Positions 27,191 to 54,100 of a stretch of 64,000 nucleotides of DNA are shown piece by piece (positions within the stretch are counted from its first letter, which is position 1; every line of letters starts with the position of its first letter). A program made the position numbers and the translations under genes. The notes below the pieces were generated by a model. It worked only from the letters and a program-made list of their open reading frames with translations, made no database searches and was not told where the DNA came from. Source of the DNA: Macrostomum lignano (lineage: Eukaryota); the NCBI GenBank assembly GCA_002269645.1, contig NIVC01000673.1, positions 310,001-374,000 on the forward strand, given 5' to 3'.

Positions 27191-27902
27191 GTCCCTTATG
27201 TTAATAGCTGCAATTTTCCTTTAGACTAGTTCTGCTTGTATTGCACTTTTATTACTGTCTGGCCATATTTTCTAATCAGCGACTACACGAGTCAGATATG
27301 GTCTCTATCCTTTCATCCATGGACTACTTAGCGGAGCATCTGAACTGGCAAAAAAGAACTAGAAAATTTAGCAAAAAATGCTTCAAATATTTTCGTAACG
27401 AGTTTCTCATCGATTAATTTTATATTCAGAAAAATTCAAACTAAAAATCTCAGTCCAGATTTCCCATAGCAGTAGTCCATGCTCCCAAGTGTCTTTGTAA
27501 GTAGCAACTGGACTAGAAGGCGATCGAAAACTCCCCTAAGTTCTCTAACTTTCTCTTACCCTAATCGGGCCTTCTGGTCCGTTGTACCCTCAGTGCTGTG
27601 CTGCACTTGTTCGACCCAGCTCTAACCCCCCCCCCCAGCTGCGAACCAGAGCCCTTCGACCTATCCGAGGAGGGGGAGGGCATCTAGTCTTCACAGGCCA
27701 GTTTCCAACCAGCTTCATCTGCTCAGTTGCTGTCTGCCCTGCAAATAGGCTCAAGCAGTGCCTCGCCTGCAGCAAGCACACTATTGATTGATACCCTAAG
27801 CTTCCCGCTTCTTTGATTAACGTTAATTCTGCTCCTAAAAGAAGATCTTCCGACGAAGTGAGGCTTTTCTATTAATTTCTGCTATATCTGTGTATTTTAA
27901 AC

Positions 27903-28022
27903 ATCCCAATTTAAAATCCCAATCTGAAATCCCAATCTGAAGTCCCTAGCTGAAGTCCTAATCTGAAATTCCAATCTAAAATCCCAATTTAAACTCTTAA
28001 TCGAAAATCCCAATCTGAAATC
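27903..28022 (+). repeat. Degenerate 13-mer AAATCCCAATCTG
   Basis: Direct reading; just upstream of kinase exon 1. Confidence 0.75.
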
Positions 28023-28109
28023 CACTCTCCAAGCCTGTCTCCTTCATCGTGAGCGCTCCAGAATCAGCCGCCGCATCCTTCGGTGAAGGAGCCGCATGGG
28101 TTCGGCGCC

Positions 28110-39718
<11,609 letters not shown>

Positions 39719-41344
39719 TCTGCCCCTTCCCGATTCACCCCCCTTCCACGCTGATAACAAGCTCCATCCGCTCTCTACTATACTTAATCCGCTCCCTACT
39801 AAATCCGCTCCCTACTAAACCCCTACTCTACCTACCAAAACCGTTCCCTACTGAATCCGCACCTTACCAAATCCGCTTCCAACTAAATCCGCGATTAATA
39901 AACCCCGCTCCCTACCAAATCCTTTCCCTACTAAATCCGCTCCCTACTAAATCCGCTCCCTACTAAATCCGCTCCCTACTAAATCCGCTCCCTACTAAAT
40001 CCGCTCCCTACTAAATCCGCTCCCTACTAAATCCGCTCCCTACTAAATCCGCTCCCTACTAAATCCGCTCCCTACTAAATCCGCTCCCTACTAAATCCGC
40101 TCCCTACTAAATCCGCTCCCTACTAAACCCCTACTCTAACTACCAAATCCGCTCCCTACCAAATCCGCTGCCTACCAAATCCGCTCCCTACCAAATCCGC
40201 TCCCTACCAAATATGCCCTTCCCTACTGACTCCGCTCTCTACTGACTCCGCTTGTGCACAGTTCAAACTATATATATATATTCAATGGCTGATTGAAGGA
40301 AACTTTTAAAAACCGTTTTTAAATTCTGGCTTTTCTAACAAAACTGTTTCTTGATTTTTTATTTATCGGAGAAAAAAGCCCCGCCGCCGACAAGAAAATC
40401 GAAATTCGGAAAGAGAAAAGAAAATAATGCCGATTCTTAATGGAATTGGCGGGGTCGAATTTCTGCGACTAAGTGGCACACGGATGGAGATGGAGGTGGG
40501 TATTAACTTACAGATGCCATCGCCAAAAGGTAGAGAGAGAGTTGAGACCAGATTCAGCAGGAGTCAAGGAGAGAACAATCTAGATTTATATATGTAAGAG
40601 TGACCGGCAGATGGTCGCGTGATGCTCAAGAAAAAAACGAAAAATCCTTTCAAAAAATTTCTATAATCCTAAGCAAAAAAATTATATTTAAACCCGAAAA
40701 GGATTAATTTCTTTTATAGTTTAGAAGAAGAAGAGATCTTTTCAAATGCTTCTGTCCAATTTCTCTTTTGCTCGGGTAGGCAGGCAGCTTGAACAAACTA
40801 AGTTGATAATTAGCACTCTCCAGGAGCCAACCGGGCGTGACACTGGGGAGCTGGGCGAGTTGGCAAAAGACACCAGACAGTCTGCTTCAGTCCCCCCCCC
40901 TGAGGCGCCGTGGTCTGCAGCTTGTCACACTCCAGAAAGCACCATCAATACAGGCAAAGATTAAAATTGTGTCAAACGCAATCAGCGTCACGGACTCCGG
41001 GGTTGGCCGAATCCGCGATGCAACCAGATGCAATTCTGCGACTCTCAAGTGGACTTCCTCGGCAAGGTGAGGAAGATTATGGAGCTCGGCAGAGGCAAAG
41101 TGAGAGAAAGTGGATAATCAAGTTATTTAAGAGCTAATTTCACTGTGCAGGCTTCTCACACTTTCGCTCGATTAATTATCTGGTTGGTTGAGTTGGCGTG
41201 ATATTTTTCTAAATTAGACATTACAAGAAGAAAAAACAATTTTGCGGGAATCTTCACTTATAGGTTTAATTTGCCTGCCAATTCCTTCTTCGAGTTTGAA
41301 ATTTGAGTTCATTGCCCCTGAGTTCACCATCTCTTTCCGTCTCC

Positions 41345-41915
41345 TCTACTTCCGCCCCTCTACTTCCACCCCCTCTACTTCCACCCCCTCTACTTCCGCC
41401 CCTTCTACTTCCACCCCTCTACTTCCGCACCTCTACTTCCTCCCCCTCTACTTCAACCCCCTCTATTTCCGCCCCTTCTACTTCCACCCCTCTACTTCCG
41501 CACCTCTACTTCCACCCTTTCTATTTCCCCCTTCTACCCCTCTATTCCGCCCCTCTTCTTCGTCCCCCTCTACTTCCGCCCCCTCTACTTCCGCCCCTTT
41601 ACTTCCGCCTCTCTACTTCCACCCCTCTACTTCCACCCCCTCTACTTCCGCCCCTCTACTTCCACCCCCTCTACTTCCGCCCCTCTACTTCCGCCCCTTT
41701 ACTTCCACCCCCTCTACTTCCGCCCCTCTACTTCCACCCCTCTACTTCCGCCCCTCTACTTCCACCCCCTCTACTTCCGCCCCCTCTACTTCCGCCCCCT
41801 CTACTTCCACCCCTCTACTTCCACCCCTCTACTTCCACCCCCTCTACTTCCGCCCCCTCTACTTCCACCCCTCTACTTGCGCCCCCTCTACTTCCACCCC
41901 CTACTTCCATCCCTC
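41345..41915 (+). repeat. About 15-mer CCCCTCTACTTCC(G/A)C
   Basis: Direct reading. Confidence 0.92.
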
Positions 41916-42454
41916 CGCTAACAAGCAGTCAATCTATTCCCAACAGACAAGCCCATAAACTATAATTTATTGCAAAAACAGTTGCCTTTAATCCTTGAGG
42001 TCTCTCCGTCTTCTGTGACAGTAAAGGAGACTTTTCTGTATATTAAATGAATGCCAAGTTGCAGCAGCAGTATCGGTGGGCAACTTGGACGTGAATAAAT
42101 CTTCCAATTCAATGCCCCAGATCGATTCCGCATGGCAATGCGCTGATTAAAGCAGAAGAAAAACACGAGCGGAGAACAGAAAAAAACAGCTCCATCTCTA
42201 CTCAACAAGACTCAAAGCGGATCAAAAATCAAACAAATACAAAGTTTCTCAATTCTGTGTGTGAGAGGACGGTCTTGAATTCTTTCTGTGCTCCGCTCGG
42301 GTCGATGCGGATGCCAGCGGATCAAGGATGCCTTTTGAACGCAGAGTCCGGGGTTGCCAGATCTTGTTCACAAATCTAATTTTCTATGCACACGCTGGGG
42401 CAGGCATGCACAAGATTTTTCTGGGACAGAGTATAGTTTACTAAAGTTGGCTTT

Positions 42455-42946
42455 CAGAGGCGCCAGCACCAGAGGCGCCAGCACCAGAGGCGCCAGCACC
42501 AGAGGCGCCAGCACCAGAGGCGCCAGCACCAGAGGCGCCAGCACCAGAGGCGCCAGCACCAGAGGCGCCAGCACCAGAGGCGCCAGCACCAGAGGCGCCA
42601 GCACCAGAGGCGCCAGCACCAGAGGCGCCAGCACCAGAGGCGCCAGCACCAGAGGCGCCAGCACCAGAGGCGCCAGCACCAGAGGCGCCAGCACCAGAGG
42701 CGCCAGCACCAGAGGCGCCAGCACCAGAGGCGCCAGCACCAGAGGCGCCAGCACCAGAGGCGCCAGCACCAGAGGCGCCAGCACCAGAGGCGCCAGCACC
42801 AGAGGCGCCAGCACCAGAGGCGCCAGCACCAGAGGCGCCAGCACCAGAGGCGCCAGCACCAGAGGCGCCAGCACCAGAGGCGCCAGCACCAGAGGCGCCA
42901 GCACCAGAGGCGCCAGCACCAGAGGCGCCAGCACCAGAGGCGCCAG
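42455..42946 (+). repeat. Perfect 15-mer CAGAGGCGCCAGCAC x about 33
   Basis: Direct reading. Confidence 0.97.
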
Positions 42947-43618
42947 AAGCCTAAGCCACAGCCTATCTGACACGCGAAGAGGATTCCGGCAGCAATTCCA
43001 GATCCTAGTCCCAGATCTCCTTGAGCAAGGCTGCTGATGATGTGGGAGAGGGGAACCCTAGGCGCTGGCCATATTGTTTGTGAGCCATCAATTTTTGCCA
43101 ATCCCAGAATTCAAACATGTTGCCCGTCTGTCCCCCCCGCGCCGCTCTGCCTGTCTTCTGTCTTTGAATTTAAATTAAAACTGCACGGTTGAAGCGTCAA
43201 AGCGGATCAAAGCCCAGGATCCGTGATTGATCTCTGGGCCGTCCATCCTTCCCCTCCATCCCTTCCCCCTCCCCTGCCAACCAGCTCGGCTATCCAAATT
43301 TTCTGGAGAGATGCTGAATTCGATGAATAAATAAAATCGAGTTATTTGCCAATTGATCTGGCCAGAATTTTTGGTGATCGATTCTTGGAAACTTGGCGAG
43401 TCTTTCCACTCCATCTTTTTGGGTCTGCTCGCGAATTCTTGCCTGATGAACTGGGTGGAAATCTCTTCCATTGGCTGGGTTGAATGGTTATAGATAAGAT
43501 GCAAATTAGATATCAGATGTAGAGCTTTTCTTTCTAGATATTGCGACTATCTATGAAAAAGAACTTTGTATCCAATAGAACTATTAAAAAGATTTTGATT
43601 GTTAAAGAGTGCCTCGTA

Positions 43619-44942
<1,324 letters not shown>

Positions 44943-45502
44943 GTGGTTTAGAGTAGTTACATAAGTAGAGGGTACTGGTAGCGAGCCCACTCCAGACCAA
45001 ACTGGTCAAACAGACGGTATTATCCAATAACTACAGCAGCCAAACAAATGTCTTAAATCCAAAAGCATTACTCTTTGAGTATATAATTGAGTATATAATA
45101 CTTTCATAACGAGATAGCAGTGAAGTGCTTCAATAGATGGTTTCGTTAAGCAGACTGCCATGAGGTTTTTATAGACTGTTGACGTGCTTTGCCAAATGCT
45201 TCTGATAAGTAGCTGTCTACCTGCTGGTTGCTACACTGTTAGAGCTTTGGCACCAAGTGCTGCAGCAAGCCACACCCCAACCGCCCATCTGCTGCTGCTC
45301 CACACTTACTTGCCTGGCAAATTAAAAGCAATCATAACTATATAGAAAATTCTTATTTGTGCATGGAAGTAGCTCGTATTTATGCAGATTTGCTGCGCTT
45401 AAGGAGGTCGAAAACAAGAATTTGGAGCGTGAGGACTTCACACACTCGTCTGTCATGAAGGCTTCAAAAATAATGAGCTGATGAAGGACCCTCACCTTTG
45501 CA

Positions 45503-46105
45503 CTGAGACTCTCATCTTGGCTCTGAGACTCTCATCTTGGCTCTGAGACTCTCATCTTGGCTCTGAGACTCTCATCTTGGCTCTGAGACTCTCATCTTGG
45601 CTCTGAGACTCTCATCTTGGCTCTGAGACTCTCATCTTGGCTCTGAGACTCTCATCTTGGCTCTGAGACTCATCTTGGCTCTGAGACTCTCATCTTGGCT
45701 CTGGGACTCTCATCTTGGCTCTGGGACTCTCATTTTGGCTCTGGGACTCTCATCTTGGCTCTGAGACTCTCATCTTGGCTCTGAGACTTTCATTTTGGCT
45801 CTGAGACTCTCATCTTGGCTCTGAGACTCTCATCTTGGCTCTGAGACTCATCTTGGCTCTGAGACTCTCATCTTGGCTCTGAGACTCTCATCTTGGCTCT
45901 GAGACTCTCATCTTGGCTCTGAGACTCTCATCTTGGCTCTGAGACTCTCATCTTGGCTCTGAGACTTTCATATTGGCTCTGAGACTCATCTTGGCTCTGA
46001 GACTCTCATCTTGGCTCTGAGACTCTCATCTTGGCTCTGAGACTCTCATCTTGGCTCTGAGACTTTCATATTGGCTCTGAGACTCATCTTGGCTCTGAGA
46101 CTCTG
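45503..46105 (+). repeat. 20/18-mer CTCTGAGACTCTCATCTTGG
   Basis: Direct reading. Confidence 0.95.
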
Positions 46106-46950
46106 ATATTGGCTGTATTTCATCAAACAAAACAGAAGGTTTAAGCCTAATCCAGATTTTAGTTAAAAGAAGATTGGGTCTCCATGAACTACAGCTATTA
46201 AAAATTGGACAAACAAGAGAAAGATGAAGGTAAAGTGAGGAGCGCGCAGCTGCCAGACACGATATGAGGCAAAGCATCATAATGGTTATGAAGAGATTTT
46301 TGCAATTTTCTGTCTCATACTGCAAGCTCTGAGCCTCACCGCAGACGGGTCCCCAGCAGCACAACCTCCACTTTATAAACGAGAGACTGACGGGCCACTC
46401 ATTTTCGACACCTATCAATGCTTTATCGTCATTATTTCAATGTGGAATTACACAGATATAAAGGACTCTCTACCTGTGTGGGTCAGAGTGAATTGAAGAA
46501 TGAAAAGACAGAAAGCAGATTGCAGTAGCAGGCAAAACTGGATTGAAACATAAATTATAAGAATTGCTGTGGCCAAGAAAACAGCATGATTTATTGTTAG
46601 ACTCAGTAAACATTAGAAAAATACAAATATATATTTTTTCTGACAATTTTTTCAGTTTGACTTTTATGAGAAAAAAGCGTTGGGCAGCTCAACCATGTGA
46701 GTTTCTGCTCATTTTTTTATTCGTGCAGCTGCTGAGCGGGTGTAGGCCAATTCCGGGGTTATTTGGGACTTAATTTATGGATATTGTCAGTTGGTGGTCA
46801 GCCTGCTCGATTGGCATATTTTGCTTCCAGAGCTGACACGTGACCAGCCATGTAACCTGGGCTTGGGACTTCTCTCCTTGCATCAAGGAGGCCTTCAACT
46901 GGAGTCCACCTGGAGTAACCGGGGTTTCCTTGAAGCTCTAGTTAATATGG

Positions 46951-47406
<456 letters not shown>

Positions 47407-48099
47407 GTAGATACAAGACATGAGGGCTGGAGTTGACACTCCAGAATCTACATCAAGTGGCTGACTTTCTCTCTCTAAGTTTATGATCTCAATTTAACAT
47501 TTTTATAACGATCGCTGCATCCTTTTGAGGATATGACAGACACGGGTTTTAATTCATTGATGGAATTCCTCGCTGCGCTGGTCACCTGTGCAGCGCCGTG
47601 CGCCACTCTTTTCCATACATTTATTTATCCCCTGAGGGGGCTGGCGTGCCGTGAGAGCTCTCTGACTTTCGCGTCGCTTGACTGGCACAGAGTCTCACGG
47701 CAATGCAGTGTAGGAAAAAGATGGTGGCCCCCAAATGAAGGCTAAGACAGGATTAAGGCCTAAATAACAAAAGCCCTTAATCACTGACTGACCCAACATC
47801 CCCTGAAGCAAGCGAGTGAGGATTTTTCACCCGACAGCGCAGTCCAGGTCGGCACACTTATTTCAACTCACCAACTAGTTGCCATCACAACTTCAAATCC
47901 CCAGATTATATTTTCTCCTATCTAAGAAATCTCCCAGCGCCGTGGGAGGTGTTGAAATTCGCTTTCTCACTTCTGTTGTGGCGGCCCCGGCTAATTCTAA
48001 TCGATATTTTTTTGGTTGCCGAGTTGGTGGGTGTCCCTGTTCGCACGACTCGACCAGGGACCTTTCTAAAAATAGCACAAGTGGACTGGAAACCACATA

Positions 48100-48270
48100 C
48101 CAACATACAAGCGCGTCAGGACTGTACTCAGGCACAGCACTCGTACACTCGCTCACACAGGGTGTACATCGGCCCTGACTTTCTGATCATCAGGCATGTG
48201 TACACACTCTCTGAGCATTGGGGGGTCGGCCCTCATGGCTGTGAATTGCACGACAAATCCCCATCAAAGA
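48100..48270 (-). mobile_element. SINE body fragment, homologous to 18835-18985
   Basis: Its reverse complement shares TCGTGCAATT.AC.GCC.TGAG.GCC.ACCCCCC, CATGCCT, AAAGT.AGGGCCG.TGTACAC, CCTGTGTGAG and GCGCTTGTATG with the 18.8 kb copy. Confidence 0.6.
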
Positions 48271-48887
48271 GACTGGAAGTGCTTCTAATCCAGCTTCCAG
48301 TCCACATATAGGCTAATTTTAGGAGTCCTTGGCCCATCCAACCATCCATCAAGCCACTGCGCAATCACGCCCGTCCAGCCCTCCAGCAGTGAGAATTAAC
48401 CGTACAGCTTATAGCATTAACACTCCTCCTAGCGAGTTTTATCGCCTCTCCCTTCCCACCCAGAGCGAAAAAACAATGGCTTGTGTAGCTTTTAAATCCG
48501 TTTATATTCTCTTCGCAAATTCGACTCCCGAGTCGCTAATTGCTTGAGTTGCTGGGTGGGAGTTAGCGGCAGAGGGCGGCAGTTATAGTGTGAGGCAGCT
48601 CGCAGTGGGATGACAGCCCCCCCCCGCCTGTGGCTGTGTTGCCACCCTCCTCCTCTGCGCACCACCGCTACGGCTTAGCAAGGATTCGTTAGATAATTTT
48701 TTAGCATTAGATAAGATAAGAGATGGATAGAATGGAAGCTGTCCATTCAGAAGTTTTTAAATGGATTTCGGCCATTCTAGAAGTGGGGCTTGGCTGCACT
48801 CTCAGTCACTGAGGCTGTCGACTCCATCGCATCCGCCTGCCTTCTCTGCTCACATCCTCACTTTTATCCATAAGCTCTCCTGTCTCG

Positions 48888-49302
48888 TCTCTTGTCTCTC
48901 CTCTCCTCTCCTCTCCTCTCCTCTCCTCTCCTCCCCTCTCTTCTCCTCTCCTCTCTTCTCCTCTCCTCTCTTCTCCTCTCTTCTCCTCTCCTCTCTTCTC
49001 CTCTCCTCTCCTCTCCTCTCCTCTCCTCCCCTCTCTTCTCCTCTCCTCTCTTCTCCTCTCCTCTCCTCTCCTCCCCTCTCTTATCCTCTCCTCTCTTCTC
49101 CTCTCCTCTCCTCTCCTCTTTTCTCCTCTCCTCTCCTCTCCTCTCCTCTCCTCTCCTCTCATCTCCTCTCCTCTCCTCTCCTCTCCTCTCCTCTCCTCTC
49201 CTCTTCTCTCCTCTCCTCTCCTCTCCTCTCCTCTCCTCTCCTCTCCTCTCCTCTCCTCTCCTCTCCTCTCCTCTTCTCTTCTCTTCTCTCCTCTCCCCTC
49301 TC
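48888..49302 (+). repeat. (CCTCT)n pentamer
   Basis: Direct reading. Confidence 0.95.
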
Positions 49303-49964
49303 CATCATTTCAAAATCTATCCATTAATTATTATTCAATAACTATATCTACACATTGAAATAGGCCTGTGTCTCACTTCTCCCATCCCAATTAAATCTGC
49401 TATACAGCTCACAAGCAGTGGTGTGCAAAAGCTTGAGCAAAAACATTTGGGAAGAAATCCAACCAGATGTTTGCAAACGTTCCCCATATTAAATTATCTC
49501 CCATATAAAGTGAAATAAAAAACTTCTCTCAGTGAGACTAGTTATGTATAACAATGTTTGTAAAGGCTATTATGATGCTTTGAAAATATTTACCAAAGAC
49601 AGTGGGATCAAGGATTGCGTCACACTGGGGGCCTTTATCATAATTTGGACAAAATGAAATGGCCTACGTAAGCACAGAACACACAGGTGGACACCGCCGT
49701 ATGGTTTTAACACAACAAAACACAATAGAATAGCGCATGCATATGCGAAACACATGCAGGGTTCACTTTGTCAAACACAGCTTTTAGCTGCAGTGATCCA
49801 CTTGCGTGAAATCCCCTCAGGCTGCTGTCACAGGCTCCATAGCATGTTTGCACAGAGGTGGAATGCACCGCATTCAGAAGATTAATTGAGACTTTAGGAA
49901 AATGCTTTGCTTTATTAGTAATAGACTGAAGTGGTTGTCTCTGCCCTCTCCTCTCTGCTGTCTT

Positions 49965-50572
49965 TTCTCTCGTCTCGCGTCTCTCGTCTCTCGTCTCTCG
50001 TCTCTCGTCTCTCGTCTCTCGTGTTTCGTCTCTCGTCTCTCGTCTCTTGTCTCTCGTCTCTCGTCTCTCGTCTCTCGTCTCTCGTGTTTCGTCTCTCGTC
50101 TCTCGTCTCTTGTCTCTCGTCTCTCGTCTCTCGTCTCTCGTCTCTCGTCTCTCGTCTCTCGTCTCTCGTCTCTCGTCTCTCGTCTCTCGTCTCTCGTCTC
50201 TCGTCTCTTGTCTCTCGTCTCTCGTATCTCGTATCTCATCTCTTATCTCTCACCATCTCTCTCCTCTCTGCTCTCTCGTCTCTCCTCTCTCCTCTCTCGT
50301 CTCTTCTCTCTCCTCTCTCGTCTCTTCTCTCTCCTCTCTCCTCTCTCCTCTCTCGTCTCTCGTCTCTTCTCTCTCCTCTCTCCTCTCTCCTCTCTCGTCT
50401 CTCGTCTCTTCTCTCTCCTCTCTCCTCTCTCGTCTCTCGTCTCTTCTCTCTCCTCTCTCCTCTCTCCTCTCTCGTCTCTCGTCTCTTCTCTCTCCTCTCT
50501 CCTCTCTCCTCTCTCGTCTCTTCTCTCTCCTCTCTCCTCTCTCCTCTCTCGTCTCTCGTCTCTCGTCTCTCT
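49965..50572 (+). repeat. (CGTCTCT)n / (CCTCTCT)n heptamer
   Basis: Direct reading. Confidence 0.95.
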
Positions 50573-50949
50573 AGAAAACCTGAAAGCAGAAGAGTGCAGT
50601 AATCCGATTTTCTTGTTAGAAATTTGCATATCAAATTCACTCAGGCATATTTTGAGTCGCAATATTGCGCCAATAAATAATCTTTTATATGTTATTATTT
50701 CAATCGAAGTGACCTTAGATAAAATTGAATTTTAATGATTGTTAATTTCAGGCTTCAGCCTGCAGTCATTTTGGCCCATGCCGCCCAATTTCAACGCTTT
50801 TCTTTTCAACACAAATAATCACTCCAGTAAAACTATTATGCATAAATTTAAGCCTGCAGATTGTAGAGAGAGAAATGAAATTGAAAATAAATAAGTTAAT
50901 TATGAATTCAATCTTGTTGTGTCGAGTCAATAGCCCCGGACACGCGAGA

Positions 50950-51180
50950 TGGCATAATTTGATTGCAGCCAATTGGGCCAGTCCGAGTGACCCGCGCTCG
51001 ACTCCCATTGGCTCCTGCTAGCTGTCCCAACTCCCCTCCCCTCTCGCAACGGGGTCGGGGCTGGGATGGCGTAGCCAGCGGGTGGATTAAAAAAGCAAAA
51101 GCTAAGGCTGGAGAGATGAATCTCGCTCAGTCCCCCATCCCAAGCAGTCTCCAAGCTGTTAATAATTTTAATATTCGCAG
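50950..51180 (+). promoter_or_regulatory. Candidate spalt proximal 5' region with CCAAT boxes and an acceptor 15 nt before the ATG
   Basis: CCAATTGG at about 50969, reverse CCAAT at about 51006, and an AT-rich tract ending TATTCGCAG at 51180. Confidence 0.3.
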
Positions 51181-51195
51181 CATTGCAAGTCCGCG

Positions 51196-54100
51196 ATGAG
51201 CGACATCGCACCAGCTGACTCTGAGCCGCAGCTCGCTGACCAGCAGCTGTACTCGGCGGACCGGAAATCCTCGCTAGCTTCTTCTGGAAGCGGCAAAGCT
51301 GAAGCAATGCGGACAGAAATTGCTGAAGAAGGAACCAACGACATGAAAGATCCCGCAGCTGAGGAAAATGACAATGGCAACAGTGCTGAAGAAGGCAGTG
51401 AGATCGATGGAGCTGCAGCGCTCCAGGAGCAGCAACAGCAGCAGCAACAGTTGATGTTGCAGAATCTGGCCAGCGTCATCACCAACAGCATCACGAGCGA
51501 GCAGCTGGGCGGAGTCCAGGACTCCATGGAGATCATACGGCAGCACATCGACTATCTGCAGTCCATGGAGCGGGTGCTTCGAGGCGAGCGGATCCGCTTG
51601 AACTGCGTCATCGCCCAGCAGCACGAGATCCTCGGCCTGGCTCCGGAAGAGGACGAGCAGCAAGGAGACGGAGACGTAGGAGAAGAAAACGGCGAGGATG
51701 ATGACATGGAGGGCGAGCAGCAGCGAAAGTCCAGTGCCGGTCAGGTGCCAATGCAAACTCAGTGCAGCCTCCTCAGAGCCGCCGCTGCAGCCGCCGCAGC
51801 CGCCGCGGCCGCCGCCTCCACTGCCGCCAGCGGCGACTCGGGTATCCAGAATTCGTCCAGCGCTGTTGGCATCGCTGCTGAAGGCAGCAGCTCGGAGCTG
51901 GAGGACAGAACGGGCTCGAAGTTGGCTGACGACTGCTTGGAATCTGGCGGTGAGTGGGGAGAAAACTTCAGGGATGGGGATAGCCTCAGGGGCGGGTTTT
52001 AGTAAAACTTCAGGGATAGGTTCAGTAAAGCTTCAGGGATAGGTTCAGTAAAGCTTCAGGGACGGGTTCAGTAAAGCTTCAGGAATAGATTCAGTAAAGC
52101 TTCAGGGACGGGTTCAGTAAAGCTTCAGGGACGGTTCAGTAAAGCTTCAGGGATGGGGATAGTCTCAGGGGCGGGTTTTAGTAAAACTTCAGGGATAGGT
52201 TCAGTAAAGCTTCAGGGACGGGTTCAGTAAAGCTTCAGGGATAGGTTCAGTAAAGCTTCAGGGACGGGTTCAGTAAAGCTTCAGGGATAGGTTCAGTAAA
52301 GCTTCAGGGACGGGTTCAGTAAAGCTTCAGGGACGGGTTCAGTAAAGCTTCAGGGATAGGTTCAGTAAAGCTTCAGGGACGGGTTCAGTAAAGCTTCAGG
52401 GATAGGTTCAGTAAAGCTTCAGGGATGGGGATAGTCTCAGGGGCGGGTTTTAGTAAAACTTCAGGGACGGTTCAGTAAAGCTTCAGGGACGGGTTCAGTA
52501 AAGCTTCAGGGACGGGTTCAGTAAAGCTTCAGGGACGGGTTCAGTAAAGCTTCAGGGACGGGTTCAGTAAAGCTTCAGGGACGAGTTCAGTAAAGCTTCA
52601 GGGACGGGTTCAGTAATGTAATCTTCAGGTAAAGATTTAATGAACTAAAGACTGCGTCACAAAGTTGCAGCAAAGTTTGAACAATTAACAGACAGAGGAA
52701 GAGCACACACACATTGGAGGTACATTGAACAGATTAAACTAAACACAACAGTCCCAATGAAATCAAAACTCTGCAAGCCTAATTAGCAGAGTCCATGTCG
52801 GCCATGTTATAATTATTCATGGCGGAGATTTTACTACATATCCGCGCATAAATATCAACAAGATCCGGTCCTGGGGTGGCGGGGGGGGCACATGCAGGGA
52901 TTCAATGCATTATAATTGAATTGATATTTAATACGATTTTTTTGCGTTTGCATAAACAAACCTCGAACTGTGTGCGCTGTGTTTATAATGAGAGGCCAGT
53001 GCTGAGCTGTGGTTTAAATGATATTAACTAATTGTGAGTCGGCTTGGCACGACTTCAACAATTTATATCATGTCGAAGGTGCAGTCAGCAGTGGAAAATG
53101 ACACCTGCTTCGGTGCCTCCCCCCCCTTTCTTTTAGAAGAACTCTTCTAAAAGGAGGATAGGGAGAGCTGTGATATCGGATATCTGCTGCATGCACCCTC
53201 CAGGTTTTAAAGACCAGCTTATGACAGGGAGGAAGTCTCAGATTATGTATCTGAGCCGTTTAATTCCTGACTTAAATATACAAGCTCTATACATTAAAAT
53301 ATGCACGTTACAATGCTCCATGAATGTAAACAAGTCGTGAAAACCGATTTCTCGTAGTTTAAATGTAAAAAAGCAAAATCTGCATGCTTTAAACTAGAAT
53401 CTCGAGTTATAGCCTATAGCAATATAAAATTGGTAAGAAATTGCTTTTCGAAATGAAACAATTAAATTTTATAACATGACGCATGAAAATGAAAATGCTG
53501 CAGCAGGAGTACCTGAGTAATTAAGCAAGTGTTAAGCCGAGTTAAGACTATAAAACTTCACTTTCAGCGCGAGGCCTTCACAGTGTTTACAGCCCAGTTA
53601 AATAATTGACTCTTTCAACATGTTGCGGAGCCGCATGGCTTCCTTACAATTGGCGCAATTTTTGCTTGTCGCAAAACTGTTTTAATTTATTAAGGATTGA
53701 AAAGCATTAATTGCTAAGTTTAAGGCTCTGCATTCGATACAAAATTATGAGTCCCCGGCTGATGCAGACCCACCCCAGCTGCATAAAATGATGAAGATTA
53801 ACTTCAGAGAACACAGTTTTGCTTGAGAGAACTATACCAGAATCTTTAACAGAATCTTCACAAACTATAAATAGAATCTTCACAAACTATAAACAGAATC
53901 TTCACAAACTATAAACAGAATCTTCACAAACTATAAACAGCATCTTCACAAACTATAAACAGAATCTTCACAAACTATAAACATAATCTTCACAAACTAT
54001 AAACAGAATCTTCACAAACTATAAACAGATTCTTCACAAACTATAAACAGATTCTTCACAAACTATACCAGAATCTTCACAAACTATAAACAGAATCTTC

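Noticed and set aside
40985-41070. Peptide RHGLRGWPNPRCNQMQFCDSQVDFLGK, faintly like a gypsy reverse-transcriptase motif
   Set aside because: Too short, with no neighbouring RT motifs or LTRs.
42350-42365. GGGGTTGCCAGAT resembling a hAT/MITE terminal repeat
   Set aside because: No matching inverted partner found nearby.
53060-53100. CRRC frame that would complete the half zinc finger at 54421
   Set aside because: No GT donor at the required position.
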